Shown piece after piece: positions 1 to 10,806 of a stretch of 64,000 bases of DNA. The first letter of the stretch is position 1; the number at the start of each line of letters is the position of its first letter. The notes beneath the pieces are model-generated. The model made no database searches, had not been told where the DNA came from, and saw nothing but the letters and a program-made list of their open reading frames with translations. The translations under genes and the position numbers were made by a program. Source of the stretch: Epithemia pelagica (taxonomy: Eukaryota; Protista; Bacillariophyta); contig OX337234.1 of NCBI GenBank assembly GCA_946965045.2, positions 1,054,001 through 1,118,000 on the forward strand, written 5' to 3'.

Positions 1-68
1 TGTCGTCGTCATCCGCTGGCAGCTGTTCAGTCGCATTAACTTGCTTCTTTGCTAGTGATTCCTCAACA
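1..68 (-). repeat. 3' LTR of Copia-1 (partial)
   Basis: Near-identical to 5926-6003; minus-strand start TGTTGAGGAATCAC follows the PPT. Confidence 0.9.
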
Positions 69-3000
69 CACTCCTTTGTGCCGAGTGGTATGGACTAGTC
101 GGCAGAATATTCATGATGGCATCCCGATGTTGATAGAAAAGTTGCCCTTGTAAAGGTTTGGTGTAGAAGTCCGCCACCATTTGGTCGGTCGGACAATATT
201 CAATTCGTAAGTCTTTGTTCTGGATACGATCCTTGATATAAAAATATCTGATGTTGATGTGTTTCGTACGTTTTGTGCTGGACATGCGTCCATTGTTCTC
301 CAACAGCATCGCGCTTTGGTTGTCTTGGTATACCACGACGTCCTTGATCTGCACTCCTTGACTTTTCAGGAAATTGCGAGTCCATACAATCGTTGGCAAC
401 ACATCATGAGCCCCAATGAGTTCACTTTCCATCGAACTTCTGGCCACTAGTTTTTGTTTGGTTGAATGTGATATAACACTTCCGCGACCCATGCATAGGT
501 TTGCACCAGTGTGCCCCTTCATATCATTGTGGGTAGCATACGACGCGTCGATCCACCATCGTAGCACCCCGTGTTTATTAGCTTCTAGTCGCAAAATCAG
601 GTCCTTTGTGTTTTGTAGATACTTGATGACTCGTATCAATTTTCGATAGTCGTCTTCGTTGGGTTTTGATACTCTGGTACATAAAAATGCGATAGCTGTG
701 CGTATATCAGGGCGTCCCCGATGTGCTAAGTATGCCAACTGCATGGTCATACTGTGGAACAGTTCAGCGCGTGTTGCATCCAATGGTTTGCAATTCTCAT
801 TGATGAGGAAGAGATGTGCCGCTGCTGGAGTCAGTGCTTTACCGTTCATTTCTTGTGGAATATCGTCCAGAACAGTGGCCACATAGGGGGTCATATCAAC
901 TTGTAACACCCCGGGTTCTGAGAAATCTAGGTACATCCCCAAGTAATCATGACGCTTTCCTCTGGAGATTGAGAGCTCTCCGAGTTGGCCAAATTCTTTG
1001 ATGAGCTGGTTGATGATCATGGATACGGTTTCTTCCTTAGCATGGGAGATTTTTAAATCATCCACGTGCCATGTAATCGTGCACTGGGTCCCGTCGATAT
1101 TTTTGTTTGCGACACATGTGTCATATTCGTTTAGGATAAAGCCCCAATTTTTCAGTACGATAGAGAGTTTTTCCCAAAAGAGTCGTGCTGCTCTGAGCGT
1201 TCCGTAAAGCGCTTTTAGCATGTCAACATAAATGACAGGCTTTCCTTTCTCGTAGGTAAGATATGGGCGATAGGCGGCTTCATCCACTTCCAGTAGCAGT
1301 TTTGCCATGATACCATCAATTCTCATATGGACGTCGGGATCCATGTCGGCTTGCATAAACGCGCCGGGAATGTCCACGACCGCCACCTCCCTATGTTCCA
1401 ATGCATCGATGATTGCCGTTAAGAACACAGCTTCGGTGGTTACTGTGGGAGAGGCTGCGTCCTCTCGCGGGATATACAAACGCTGTTTACGCCCATCGGC
1501 GCATCCTCGACCCTTGACTTTCCCATTGCGTTTTTGTTTGAGAAACATAAGGTAGCCGAGTGCGTTTGTGAGTTGATTGCTGGTTAGTGATGTCTTGTGA
1601 ACACCACGGATCACTCCTCGCTCATGTAGTTGTGTAATTTCTTTCTTGACAGCCGCCACTCCTTGATCTCCAAAAATCTTCAATCCCTTGCTCATGGGCA
1701 TTTGTGGGGTTGCCATGCTTACTTCACCACTGTCGGCGACAAACAGCCAACCGTCATGAATGTATCCATCCATTGGTGCTTGTTCTTGCTCATTGAAGTG
1801 AAAGGTGGCATTGCTATGCCCGAAACGATGTGTATATGAGCGCTCACGCTGTGGTCGTAGGTTGTAACCACTTTCATGACCATCCTCATGATCTTGTTCT
1901 TGACCCATATCTATGGGAATGTCGTTGTCATCAGCAACGGTCTCAACACCAGCAACGGTCTCAACATCCTCATTGATATTGTTATCGCTCCCCTGCCGGT
2001 CGTTGTTACTTTCGATATCGTCGTTGTCCTCATTGGCTATCACCCCCAAATCATCATTTGGCTCCTCCATTGATTCCTCCTCCTCTTCAATCATTTCCTC
2101 CGCGACCTCTTCCATCGGCCCCATCAGCCCCATTTCCTCCACCACTCCTTCGTTTGCACCTAGTTCTCTTCCGAGGTTATTGTGTTCGTTGTCCGCTGTT
2201 GGTGCCGGATCTGGCATGTCCATGTCCATCTCTTCATCCACATGATCAATTGTCTCATCCGCTAACTCTTCTGCGACGAACTCGGCATCATATCTCAGGT
2301 CCTCATCCTGGTCCTGTTCTAGCTCGTAGTCCTCGTCATCATCTTCATTGAATATTTCATTATCATCGTCCAACAGTAGAATCCTGTTGTCACGGTTGCC
2401 AAAAGCCAAGCCCGGTTGTGCTGATTGTGCTTCAGCCAATTTAGTAACTCGATCAATGACTCCTTGCGGCATCGGAACTTTGGTCGCGTGATTACGATTG
2501 ATAACCCTTCCACTGGCGAGACTGAGGAAATAGAAGCCACCTTGTCGATTGCCAGTTGGACGGAGAGCCAATGCACCCACCGTGCGGGCGCTCATTGAGT
2601 TGTCATGTTCCTCATGACATTGTACATATTCGCCAAACTCATAGCGGCAGTGACGATGGTAGTCCAGTCTGGATCCCGTCACTAGTTCTCGTGGGCTGAT
2701 GGTATCAGAAATGCCGCCCTGGTGAGGAAAGCTATTCAGCCAGAAGACGGCCTGTTTCGCCTACTCAATCACCATGATCTTGGGTAGAATATCAAACGGT
2801 AGAATGTTGTATGTTGCTCTCATCCTTTCTTTGATTGTTCTGATTCGTCGTTCAATGTCCCCAACGTGTTCATTGCGTGCTGCAGGGTTCAGCGCCAGTC
2901 CAATTGTGGCCAGTTGCTGTTCCATATAATCATTCTTGAATGCGCCATCGGCAAGCAGAATTCTCGGCCGCAGATCAGTTCGTCGATATAAGTTTACAGT

Positions 3001-4938
3001 CCGTTTGAGGCATTGAAAAACATGTTCCATGGATGTGCTCTCCAAGGCATCGATCGTGGTGAAATAAAGATGGCGAGAGAGGGTGGCTAGGAACGGGACC
3101 CCGTTCACATACATGATATCCATCGCGATCACGATTTCACGGTACTTGGCGTCAATTGCTGGAGGAATGAGGTTGTCGAGTGGGACGGTTGGTGATTTCC
3201 GACGTGTTGTCTTGCCCTTGAGTGTGCCGATGTCCGGGCCATAAGAAATGGCTTCGGCCCTTTTTATGTCTTCTCGAGTGTAGGGACAATTTGGTAACAG
3301 GTTTGTGGACACTATATGAAGGAACTCCTTCGTGGATGGACAACCTATGCTTATTTGAAGCTGTCGTGCTCCTCTAGCTCTATCTACATCAGACTGAGAA
3401 TATTTTGCTTCGTTGTCCTTAACTGTAGTTAGGAAACTATGCTCATTCTTCTTGGTGTCCATGTAGTAGAGTCCTTGGGTGCTCGGCTTGAACGTGCATT
3501 TGACTTTGCTGCTTTTGTCTTGTAATGTAAACTTGTTGCCTTGTTTGCTGTGATATTTGACTTGATAGTTATTCTTGGCGTTGTGAAGAGAGAGTAGGTT
3601 AACCGGTCCATCAGGATCAAACCAAACCACCCCGTACGAGGGGAGATCTGCAATTTGCGTCAGGACTCGGCTACCGGCGTGGCTGTGGATGGTTATAGGT
3701 GTCTTGCTTTTTCTGATGTTTTTAATAAGGTCTTCGTTTGAAATGATATCAACGGTGGATTGATTATCAAGGAGGATCCATGATCTGGGGATGTTAGCCT
3801 GTAAAGACGAGGAGAAGGACATAGCGTGAGAGATTGTTTCATCCGATTCGGTCACCGTTTGATGTTGCGAACCTTGTTGTGAGCCGTGTTGTTCGTGGTC
3901 GGCCGTTCCCGTGTTGAAGGCCACACCAGTGGCATTTTGTTGTCCGCCGCTGTTTGATCCTGAATTGCCATGATACTGGTTCTTGATATTGATACGGTTG
4001 TCGATAATGGCACGGGCGTCCGCTAAGGTTGCCGGGTAGTAGTTCCCACCGTCAAGGAATGTATTCTGCAGATGTACTTCATAAGATCGATGTCCACAGG
4101 TACGTATGAAGCGAATCGCGATGCACCGGTCTTGGGCCTCTGCTTCATCGTCCGTGGTTGGTTTGTTGTCGGTCCGTTTGTTTTTTGTGGCGATTTCAAT
4201 CAAAAAATCATGGTCGTACAGTTTGATTCCCATTTCGGTAATGAGTTTTACCTTGGAGCGAAAGACTTCATAATAACTCTGCATCGACTGGTTGTTTTGC
4301 CTTTTCAGTCCATAGTATTCTTCTTTTAGTCGGTCTCGAGATACCGCCGTGTAAACTCGTCCGGAGTCGAAAGTAAACATTGTAGTCTTGATTAATTTGA
4401 GTAATGCAATCCCGTCTCTTGCGTCTTGGATTGCCTGGAATTCTTTTTTAGCTCGCAGCTTGTCACGGAGGAGCGGGGTACATTGGCCCAACAAAACGCT
4501 GTAGAAGGACGATCGAAAGCCGTTGTAGAGAATGATTTGTTCTTCACGGGCCTTGAACTTGAATTCCCATTCCTATCCGATGAAGAAATTATTGGCGTCC
4601 TCATCCTTTGGCTTGACAATAGGGTCTGGATCGTTGAGCTCCAATTGCTTGACTGCTTTTTGGAATTCCATGTTGTATTTGCTGTGGTTAGCTCCGACAT
4701 ACCCAACAAGCAGTTCCACGTTCTTCAAATATCGTTTACTTTGGGGATCTTCGGAATAATCAAAGGTACAGTCAGCCAAACTTGGCTCCTGCCCTTGAAA
4801 CTTGTTGCTGCCTTGTCCGCCTCGCCCTCGACCGCCACGGCCACGTCCTTGGCCACGACCGCCACGTCCGGTTCGATCTTCATTGTTGTTGGTCGATGAT
4901 GAGGGAGCCCCATCAGGAATCGGATTCTGAGCACTCAT
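52..4938 (-). pseudogene. gag-pol: Copia-1 gag-pol polyprotein interrupted by two in-frame TAG codons (4573-4575, 2761-2763)
   Basis: ORFs 4573-4938, 2761-4494 and 52-2682 share one frame, and the sequence between them translates as continuous polyprotein. Motifs: protease ILLDNQSTVD, integrase DIMYVNG/ADG/EHVGDIER, RT DIPGAF and WHVDD, RNaseH WIDAS/ESE/QDN/ADFYTK. Confidence 0.92.
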
Positions 4939-5777
4939 TATTCTTGAGGAGGACGAACGGCCAAACGGATGTTGTGCCTCTGACGACGGAATTCCTCGTT
5001 CCTGTTTATGGCGTAGTTCCAGACTCTGATGGTATAATATACCGCGCCGATCCTAATTACAGTCCCGTGCACGTGATAGTGCACTCCTTGTCTTGCGAGC
5101 CGACAACTGTTGAGAATTCGTACGTACGATCCGATTCGGACAGTTTGGTCTTGAATTGGTTGTGGCTCTTGTGGTTGTGCTTGTGATGCTGGAGGTGCAC
5201 GTTGTGCTGGTCTTGGTGCCGGTTGAGGTGGGTGCTGCACTGGTTGCAATACGGCTGCTGCCCGTTGCTGAGCTTCGATGATTGCTCCAGCAAATTCTGG
5301 GTCAAGCACAACTGGTTCCGGAACCGGTGCCGCCTCGTTCACTTCAGGGATTGGTACGACTACCACGTCCTCTTCTTCTTCGACTTCTTCGTCGGAGTCT
5401 TCAACGTCCAATACAGCGACAGGTGGGCGACGTTGGTCAGCGAGAATGGCTGTTGCCAACTCTCTCTGCGGACCTGGTGGACCGTGAAGGTGGATGTGGG
5501 TCTCTTCGAGGTATGTCAATAATTCTTCTTGTCGTCGACGGTAAACAGAACGGGTTCGACTGATGCCACTTGCCAAACGATCTAACTGGTCTGAGAGTTC
5601 TTGCCGATGCGCCGCTTGGAGGGCCTCTTGGGCCTCGTTGAGGGACCGAACACTATCGGCACGCTCCGTCTCGTGTTGTTGTCGCAATTGCTCCAGCGCT
5701 TCTTGCTGTTGGTTGTCTATTAAGGCCAAATTGTGAAACACCTCGAGTATATCGTTGATGGCTTCAGTTACGTTCAT
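4938..5777 (-). CDS. Extra ORF upstream of gag in Copia-1 (about 279 aa: coiled coil, acidic/Pro-rich linker, C-terminal beta-rich SH3/KOW-like segment)
   Basis: Open frame from the first ATG at 5777 to TAA at 4938-4940, which overlaps the gag ATG (TAATG). It lies between the 5' LTR and gag. Confidence 0.7.
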   Translation of the reverse strand: MNVTEAINDILEVFHNLALIDNQQQEALEQLRQQHETERADSVRSLNEAQEALQAAHRQELSDQLDRLASGISRTRSVYRRRQEELLTYLEETHIHLHGPPGPQRELATAILADQRRPPVAVLDVEDSDEEVEEEEDVVVVPIPEVNEAAPVPEPVVLDPEFAGAIIEAQQRAAAVLQPVQHPPQPAPRPAQRAPPASQAQPQEPQPIQDQTVRIGSYVRILNSCRLARQGVHYHVHGTVIRIGAVYYTIRVWNYAINRNEEFRRQRHNIRLAVRPPQE

Positions 5778-5796
5778 ATATGTATGAAATCGATGT

Positions 5797-5809
5797 TTCG
5801 ATGAGTAAA
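5797..5809 (-). promoter_or_regulatory. PBS position of Copia-1, complementary to LTR-internal 5857-5869 (candidate self-priming site)
   Basis: Plus strand 5797-5809 TTCGATGAGTAAA is the exact reverse complement of 5857-5869 TTTACTCATCGAA and abuts the inferred LTR end. Confidence 0.6.
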
Positions 5810-6003
5810 TGTTGAAACTCACACAGCTGCTGTAAAGGCAAACTACGGAATCTTATTTTACTCATCGAATGAGACCTTTTTCCTTTCACATCTCTTCCCT
5901 GCCTTACGTTCCACGAGCGTCCATTTGTCGTCGTCATCCGCTGGCAGCTGTTCAGTCGCATTAACTTGCTTCTTTGCTATCCCGTCAGCGTGATTCCTCA
6001 ACA
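5810..6003 (-). repeat. 5' LTR of Copia-1 (194 bp)
   Basis: The outer end matches the 3' LTR. The inner end is inferred from the terminal inverted hexamer TGTTGA...TCAACA, because the 3' LTR is not fully in the window. Confidence 0.75.
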
Positions 6004-6508
6004 GTACATCGCTGTTCCTTGTAACCCCGTATATGCGACGGAGTAGACAAATCCCGGCTGTCCACTGCGACGAAAGTAACCATTTGATCCATGTTGCTTA
6101 CGTTGCTTCTCTTGTTACTCACTGTGCTTGACAGGCTGTTTCACCCCTTGGAAGTATGAAAGAAAAGATACCACACAGATCCCCTCCTGTCTGACGGTCT
6201 GTGCACCGCTCGACTCATGTTGCACGCCAGACGCACATCATTCGTCCGACGCGTGACCTACGCGCTTTGAACGCGCGGTGAGCTACGTATTGTGGACGAA
6301 GCAAAAAATGATGCTGACGGTCAGCACTTCCTCCCTTTGCTTCAATCTCTCAGTTGACGCTTCGGCTTCTCTTTCTCTTCTCCAGGTCCCACAGTGATCC
6401 TGAATCCTGAGAGATCTCTTTCTTCTTGGGTTTCTCGTTCGTTTGCATCACAGATGCATCTGTTCTCTTTTTATATGTTTCATTATTCCATTTGTCTGAC
6501 AAGAAAAA

Positions 6509-8728
6509 ATGACAGCAAGACAAAGACGAGGTTCCAGGAGGGCCACTCAAGCAGTGCTACATCCACACCTGATGCATTCAAACATGATTTTTCTCCTTAT
6601 GGTTGGATTGTGGGCAGCCTTGGCCTCGCCTACAACGCAGCAGCATCGAATGCCCTGGTTCACACTGGAGGATGACATTGGTGCCCTCCCACTCGACCCA
6701 CCACTCCTTCTTGAGTATGGTGACAATCATCCAATGGACCGAACAGCACACCGAAAGCGAAACCTGAATGTGAACAACAGTGATGATGAGCTATTTGAGC
6801 CGATTCGAATTCACTTTGTCACGACTCTATTGGATGAGCGTAGAGGAGAAAGTACTGCGTTGGATAGCTTTCTCAATGACCTTGAAAACACCTATTTGCC
6901 GGCTGCGGCCGCACAATGGGCTCGCCATGTGCGAGTCAAACCAGTCAATGCCTCCTCCTATATTCCCCTGACCCAAGATGTTTGTGCCGGTGCCTACGGT
7001 TCGCAACTTGCGGCAAGAGTTCAATCCATTTTTCAAGCTGATTTGGTCATTGTTGTAAGTGTGCAAGATTCCTTCTATAATGCGGATACGGACCAGTTCG
7101 ACCCAGTTTGTAACAGTAACAGCAACAATGGAGGAGTTCCGGTGGCCTTGGCTGCTGCTTGCGCTCTCGATCAATACGATCGACCTGTTATTGGACTAAT
7201 GAATTGGTGTTTTCGCAACGGACAAGGTCAATCCACGCCATTTTCTCAACAAACGACCGTTCTCCAAAATACATTCTTGCCTCCATTGAATGTCCCTATT
7301 TCATCAATCCAACTGGATCTTCTCAGCGCTGCCGTACACGAAATTGGACATGTTTTGGGCTTCACGGCCTGGCTATACAAGTTCTTTCGATTTCCCGATG
7401 GGACACCTCGTACACAGCGACCATTTTCTCAGGCGAAATCAGTCCTTTGCGCCAACGGACAAGTACAATCCACCATTCTACCCAACACCAATACTGTGAT
7501 GGCGATTGACAATGACAACGGATCACGGTCGTTTCTCATTGTCACAGCACGTGTCAAACAAGTCGTCCAGAATCACATCAACTGCCCAACCCTACAAGGG
7601 GCGGAATTGGCAATTGACAATGGATGCATTGGATCTCATTGGTCCGAACGATACTTTATGGGTGAAATTATGAGTCCAGCCCTATCTTCTTCGAGTGAGA
7701 ATGTCCTATCAGCCTTAACTTTGGCGATCTTGGAAGACTCTGGATGGTACCGAATAGACTACCAAGGTGTTGAGGCCCCTGTATATGGATTAGGAGCTGG
7801 TTGTCAATTTGCCTACGAGGAGTGTCTACAAAACGAACGTGTACCTGATTGGGGTAACGGACTGTTCTGTGAAGATCCTTTGAAGCTGAATGTTATTACT
7901 CAAGTGACACAAGCATCGTGGAATTCCTTAGAATGCGATGTCACTCACAGGTCTTGGGCTGTGTGTGATATGTGGAATGTGGACAATGTGATTTCGGATC
8001 GAGCCTCAACCCCTATTGGCAATACCGTGTCTGGGCATCATCGACTTCGCCATTTGGTCTCCCCAACACAAGGCGCTAATGCCTGTCCTGTCCCCTTTCG
8101 ACCCTTGGGCGTGGATTGCACGTCCTCCAATTCCTATACACCACATTACGTCGGCGAGACCTTTGGCACAGAGAGTCGCTGTATTCGAGCCTCGTACCAG
8201 TTTGGAAGCACAGTGTGGTTTCCTCGACCAGCATGCTTACCTTTGCGTTGTGATGAACAACGGGCCAAAGTTGTTCTCACCATTGCAGGGGAAGATCAAG
8301 TCTGTGACTATGACGGACAAGTTCTTTTCTCGTCCTCCAAAGCCAGTAGGAGTATGAACGGCAACAACAACAACAATGCCCAGTTCATTTGTCCGCGATT
8401 GGCCGCAGTTTGCCCTACCCTGGTGGGTTGTCCTGCGTCTTGCTCGGGAAGAGGGAGATGCGACTTTGGGTCTTTGTCGTCATCCGGACAATGCATCTGT
8501 GATTCGAATGAACCAGACAACCCGGGTTGCTTTCCATTTTACACAGAACAAACGTCGTCCTCACAACAGCCGACCACATCGCCCACAGGGAACGATAGTA
8601 CCACGTCAGGATCACAAAACTCTCAAAGTAACACGGCAGTTCATTCCAGGGGAAAGTCTACATGTTGTTGTTCGGTCCTTTGGTTCATGATATTGATCAC
8701 AGCAGTAGGAGTAGTAAGGCATTCATAA
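6509..8728 (+). CDS. Leishmanolysin/GP63-like (peptidase M8) surface metalloprotease
   Basis: HEIGHVLGF zinc motif, SHWSERYFMGEIM third ligand and Met-turn, Cys-rich C-terminal half with an EGF-like repeat, S/T-rich stalk and hydrophobic C-terminus. The likely start is ATG 6572 or 6584, followed by a signal-peptide-like stretch. Confidence 0.92.
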   Translation: MTARQRRGSRRATQAVLHPHLMHSNMIFLLMVGLWAALASPTTQQHRMPWFTLEDDIGALPLDPPLLLEYGDNHPMDRTAHRKRNLNVNNSDDELFEPIRIHFVTTLLDERRGESTALDSFLNDLENTYLPAAAAQWARHVRVKPVNASSYIPLTQDVCAGAYGSQLAARVQSIFQADLVIVVSVQDSFYNADTDQFDPVCNSNSNNGGVPVALAAACALDQYDRPVIGLMNWCFRNGQGQSTPFSQQTTVLQNTFLPPLNVPISSIQLDLLSAAVHEIGHVLGFTAWLYKFFRFPDGTPRTQRPFSQAKSVLCANGQVQSTILPNTNTVMAIDNDNGSRSFLIVTARVKQVVQNHINCPTLQGAELAIDNGCIGSHWSERYFMGEIMSPALSSSSENVLSALTLAILEDSGWYRIDYQGVEAPVYGLGAGCQFAYEECLQNERVPDWGNGLFCEDPLKLNVITQVTQASWNSLECDVTHRSWAVCDMWNVDNVISDRASTPIGNTVSGHHRLRHLVSPTQGANACPVPFRPLGVDCTSSNSYTPHYVGETFGTESRCIRASYQFGSTVWFPRPACLPLRCDEQRAKVVLTIAGEDQVCDYDGQVLFSSSKASRSMNGNNNNNAQFICPRLAAVCPTLVGCPASCSGRGRCDFGSLSSSGQCICDSNEPDNPGCFPFYTEQTSSSQQPTTSPTGNDSTTSGSQNSQSNTAVHSRGKSTCCCSVLWFMILITAVGVVRHS

Positions 8729-8998
8729 TATACCTCAAAAAGGAGAGAGCAGAGGAAGATTTCGTCCTTAGAAATGTCGGCATAGCATTTGTGAGCAAAA
8801 GCGAAGAATCATAAAACCACTAACTCCTTTCCAGAATCGTTCTGGTTGCAACTTACAAGAAGACGCACTTCTACGACAAGCAACTCTTCGAGAACCCAAG
8901 TTCATCCATTCCAACGCTCTTAACAATTGTTTGCAGGTATAAATGTAAAAGTGTATCTTAATGTTTCAAGAATGAGCGGTCTGCCGGAGGCGATACCA

Positions 8999-9172
8999 TG
9001 TTCGAATATTGTACATGCGGGCATATGTAACTGATGGGGACCTTGGGGGACCGCAGACGCAAACCTCATGACTCCATTAGGCCCAACGCATCATCGAACC
9101 GCCTATCACAAAATGCAAAACGACGAACGATGGATCCAGGCGACGATGCCTATGTAACGATCGACAATGCCT
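8999..9172 (+). repeat. 5' LTR of Copia-2 (alignable part; true end lies further right and is undetermined)
   Basis: Matches 14761-14930 with one substitution and a 4-bp indel seen. Confidence 0.9.
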
Positions 9173-9495
9173 ATGTGACGATTGTCGTTCTTAAGGACGG
9201 GATCCCATGACCATTGTCATAACGGTCCATGGCCCTAAGTGAATCAGAAGATACTTAGAGGCAGCGATATCCCACGAACGGTGGCAGGCCCGTCCATAAC
9301 ACATCTCGTCGCCCAAATTGGTGATACAACGTCTCCACCAACGATTCAACGCATCGACGACAGTTGGGAACGGAGACGTAGAACCTAACACAGTAGACAC
9401 ACAATTTTTGCAACAAGAGTCCTTTTCTTTACTCGCTAGTAAGGAAAACAACACGCTTCCTCTGCGCTTTAGACAGCACACGTCCATCGTCTGCC

Positions 9496-10737
9496 ATGGC
9501 TTTCGCAATCTCTCCCGCTAACGCAAACGCGAACAACATCGTGAACTTTGCAACGGCCGCGGGAGCAAAGCTCTACAAGCAGGCAACGACTGGACTCTTT
9601 GACGGTGGTGATCTCTACGATCTCCACGCGGAAGGGCTGAAGACTTTTCTCGACTCATTCCAAGATCGGATCGTCGAACAGTCTTGGACCAGCACCTTTT
9701 CCATTCCCGAACACATTGTGGTTCCTCCAGCAGCTGGACCAGCACCGCCACCAGCACCTACGCATCTCTTGACTCAAGCCTACGGTCGCGTCGCGCTCGC
9801 CCAGGTTCGCACCTACGTCGATAGTTTCATCGGACAGAACAGGATTTCTCAGAATTCCTACATGTCCTACATGTGTTTAATGGCGTCGCTCAACGAAGAT
9901 GCGAAGGCGCAAGTAAATCTACGACGCGAAGACTTTATTATCGACGACGTTGGCAGTGGTCCACTCCTTCTCAAAGTGATCATTTCCCTCGCGTATGTGG
10001 ATACCGAGGCGACCGTGATGGTACTTCGCCAGCGCTTGTCCGATCTGCATATTCATATTGCAGACTTCAACGGTGACATCATCAAGTTCAACTCCTATGT
10101 GAAAGCTACTCTTCAAGGTTTGCATGCCCGCGGTGAACGAACGCTGGACTTACTCCCTAACCTTTTCAAAGCTTATGAGACTGTGAGTGATGAGAACTTC
10201 TTGGAGATGATCCGTCGTCGAAAGAACGCATACGAAGAAGGAGATTCTCCGAATCTCTCGGCGACGCAACTCATGGATTGGGCCCGTCTCAAGTACCAAG
10301 GCCTGGTAGAAGCGAAGAAATGGCAGGCTCTGTCCGAACGTGACCAGAAGATTATTGCCCTTGAGGCCAAAGTCAAGAAGATGGAGAAAGGAAAAACAGC
10401 CCCGCTGTCCACGACCAAGGGATCCAAACAGGGCGAGCAAAAGACCAAAGAATCAGCAAAAGAATCGTGGCTCACCATTGGGCCACATGAGGGAGGCCCA
10501 GAAATAAAAGAAGTCAACGGAAAAATGTACTATTGGTGTAAGTGGCATGAAAAATGGTCACTCAACAAGAAAGACACTTCCGACACGTGCAACGGACGGG
10601 GCTTAACCGGAGAGAAAAAGAAGGCCTATGATCTAGCTCATGCCGAGAAGAACAATGATGGTACAACTCCTGCCCTTCGCCTCGCGAGTGCTCTAGCTGA
10701 TCTACCGGCCCAAGAAGAATCTTCTGACGAAGAGTGA
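9496..10737 (+). CDS. gag: Copia-2 Gag
   Basis: 413-aa ORF directly after the LTR, with copia gag-like helical core (GPLLLKVII, DIIKFNSYVK) and a C-terminal WCKWH..W motif. Confidence 0.85.
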   Translation: MAFAISPANANANNIVNFATAAGAKLYKQATTGLFDGGDLYDLHAEGLKTFLDSFQDRIVEQSWTSTFSIPEHIVVPPAAGPAPPPAPTHLLTQAYGRVALAQVRTYVDSFIGQNRISQNSYMSYMCLMASLNEDAKAQVNLRREDFIIDDVGSGPLLLKVIISLAYVDTEATVMVLRQRLSDLHIHIADFNGDIIKFNSYVKATLQGLHARGERTLDLLPNLFKAYETVSDENFLEMIRRRKNAYEEGDSPNLSATQLMDWARLKYQGLVEAKKWQALSERDQKIIALEAKVKKMEKGKTAPLSTTKGSKQGEQKTKESAKESWLTIGPHEGGPEIKEVNGKMYYWCKWHEKWSLNKKDTSDTCNGRGLTGEKKKAYDLAHAEKNNDGTTPALRLASALADLPAQEESSDEE

Positions 10738-10806
10738 CAACGAGACCCGAGGTCATTCCTCGGGCTGTTCTACAAGACGGTCGAGCAGCTCATCTATCTA
10801 TTACTA

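Larger units (their letters stand above)
1..6003 (-). mobile_element. Ty1/copia LTR retrotransposon Copia-1 (3' LTR runs off the window start)
   Basis: Positions 1-68 match 5926-6003 apart from a 10-bp indel. Gag, protease, integrase, RT and RNaseH occur in copia order on the minus strand. A purine tract (minus AAGGAG) precedes the 3' LTR start TGTTGAGG. Confidence 0.95.

Noticed and set aside
8994-8998. TACCA before the Copia-2 LTR as a reverse PBS or TSD
   Set aside because: Wrong side and orientation for a PBS, and the other TSD copy is lost with the truncated 3' LTR.
9329-9379. ACGTCTCC/GGAGACGT hairpin as a self-priming signal in Copia-2
   Set aside because: Only 8 bp are perfect and the LTR end cannot be placed.
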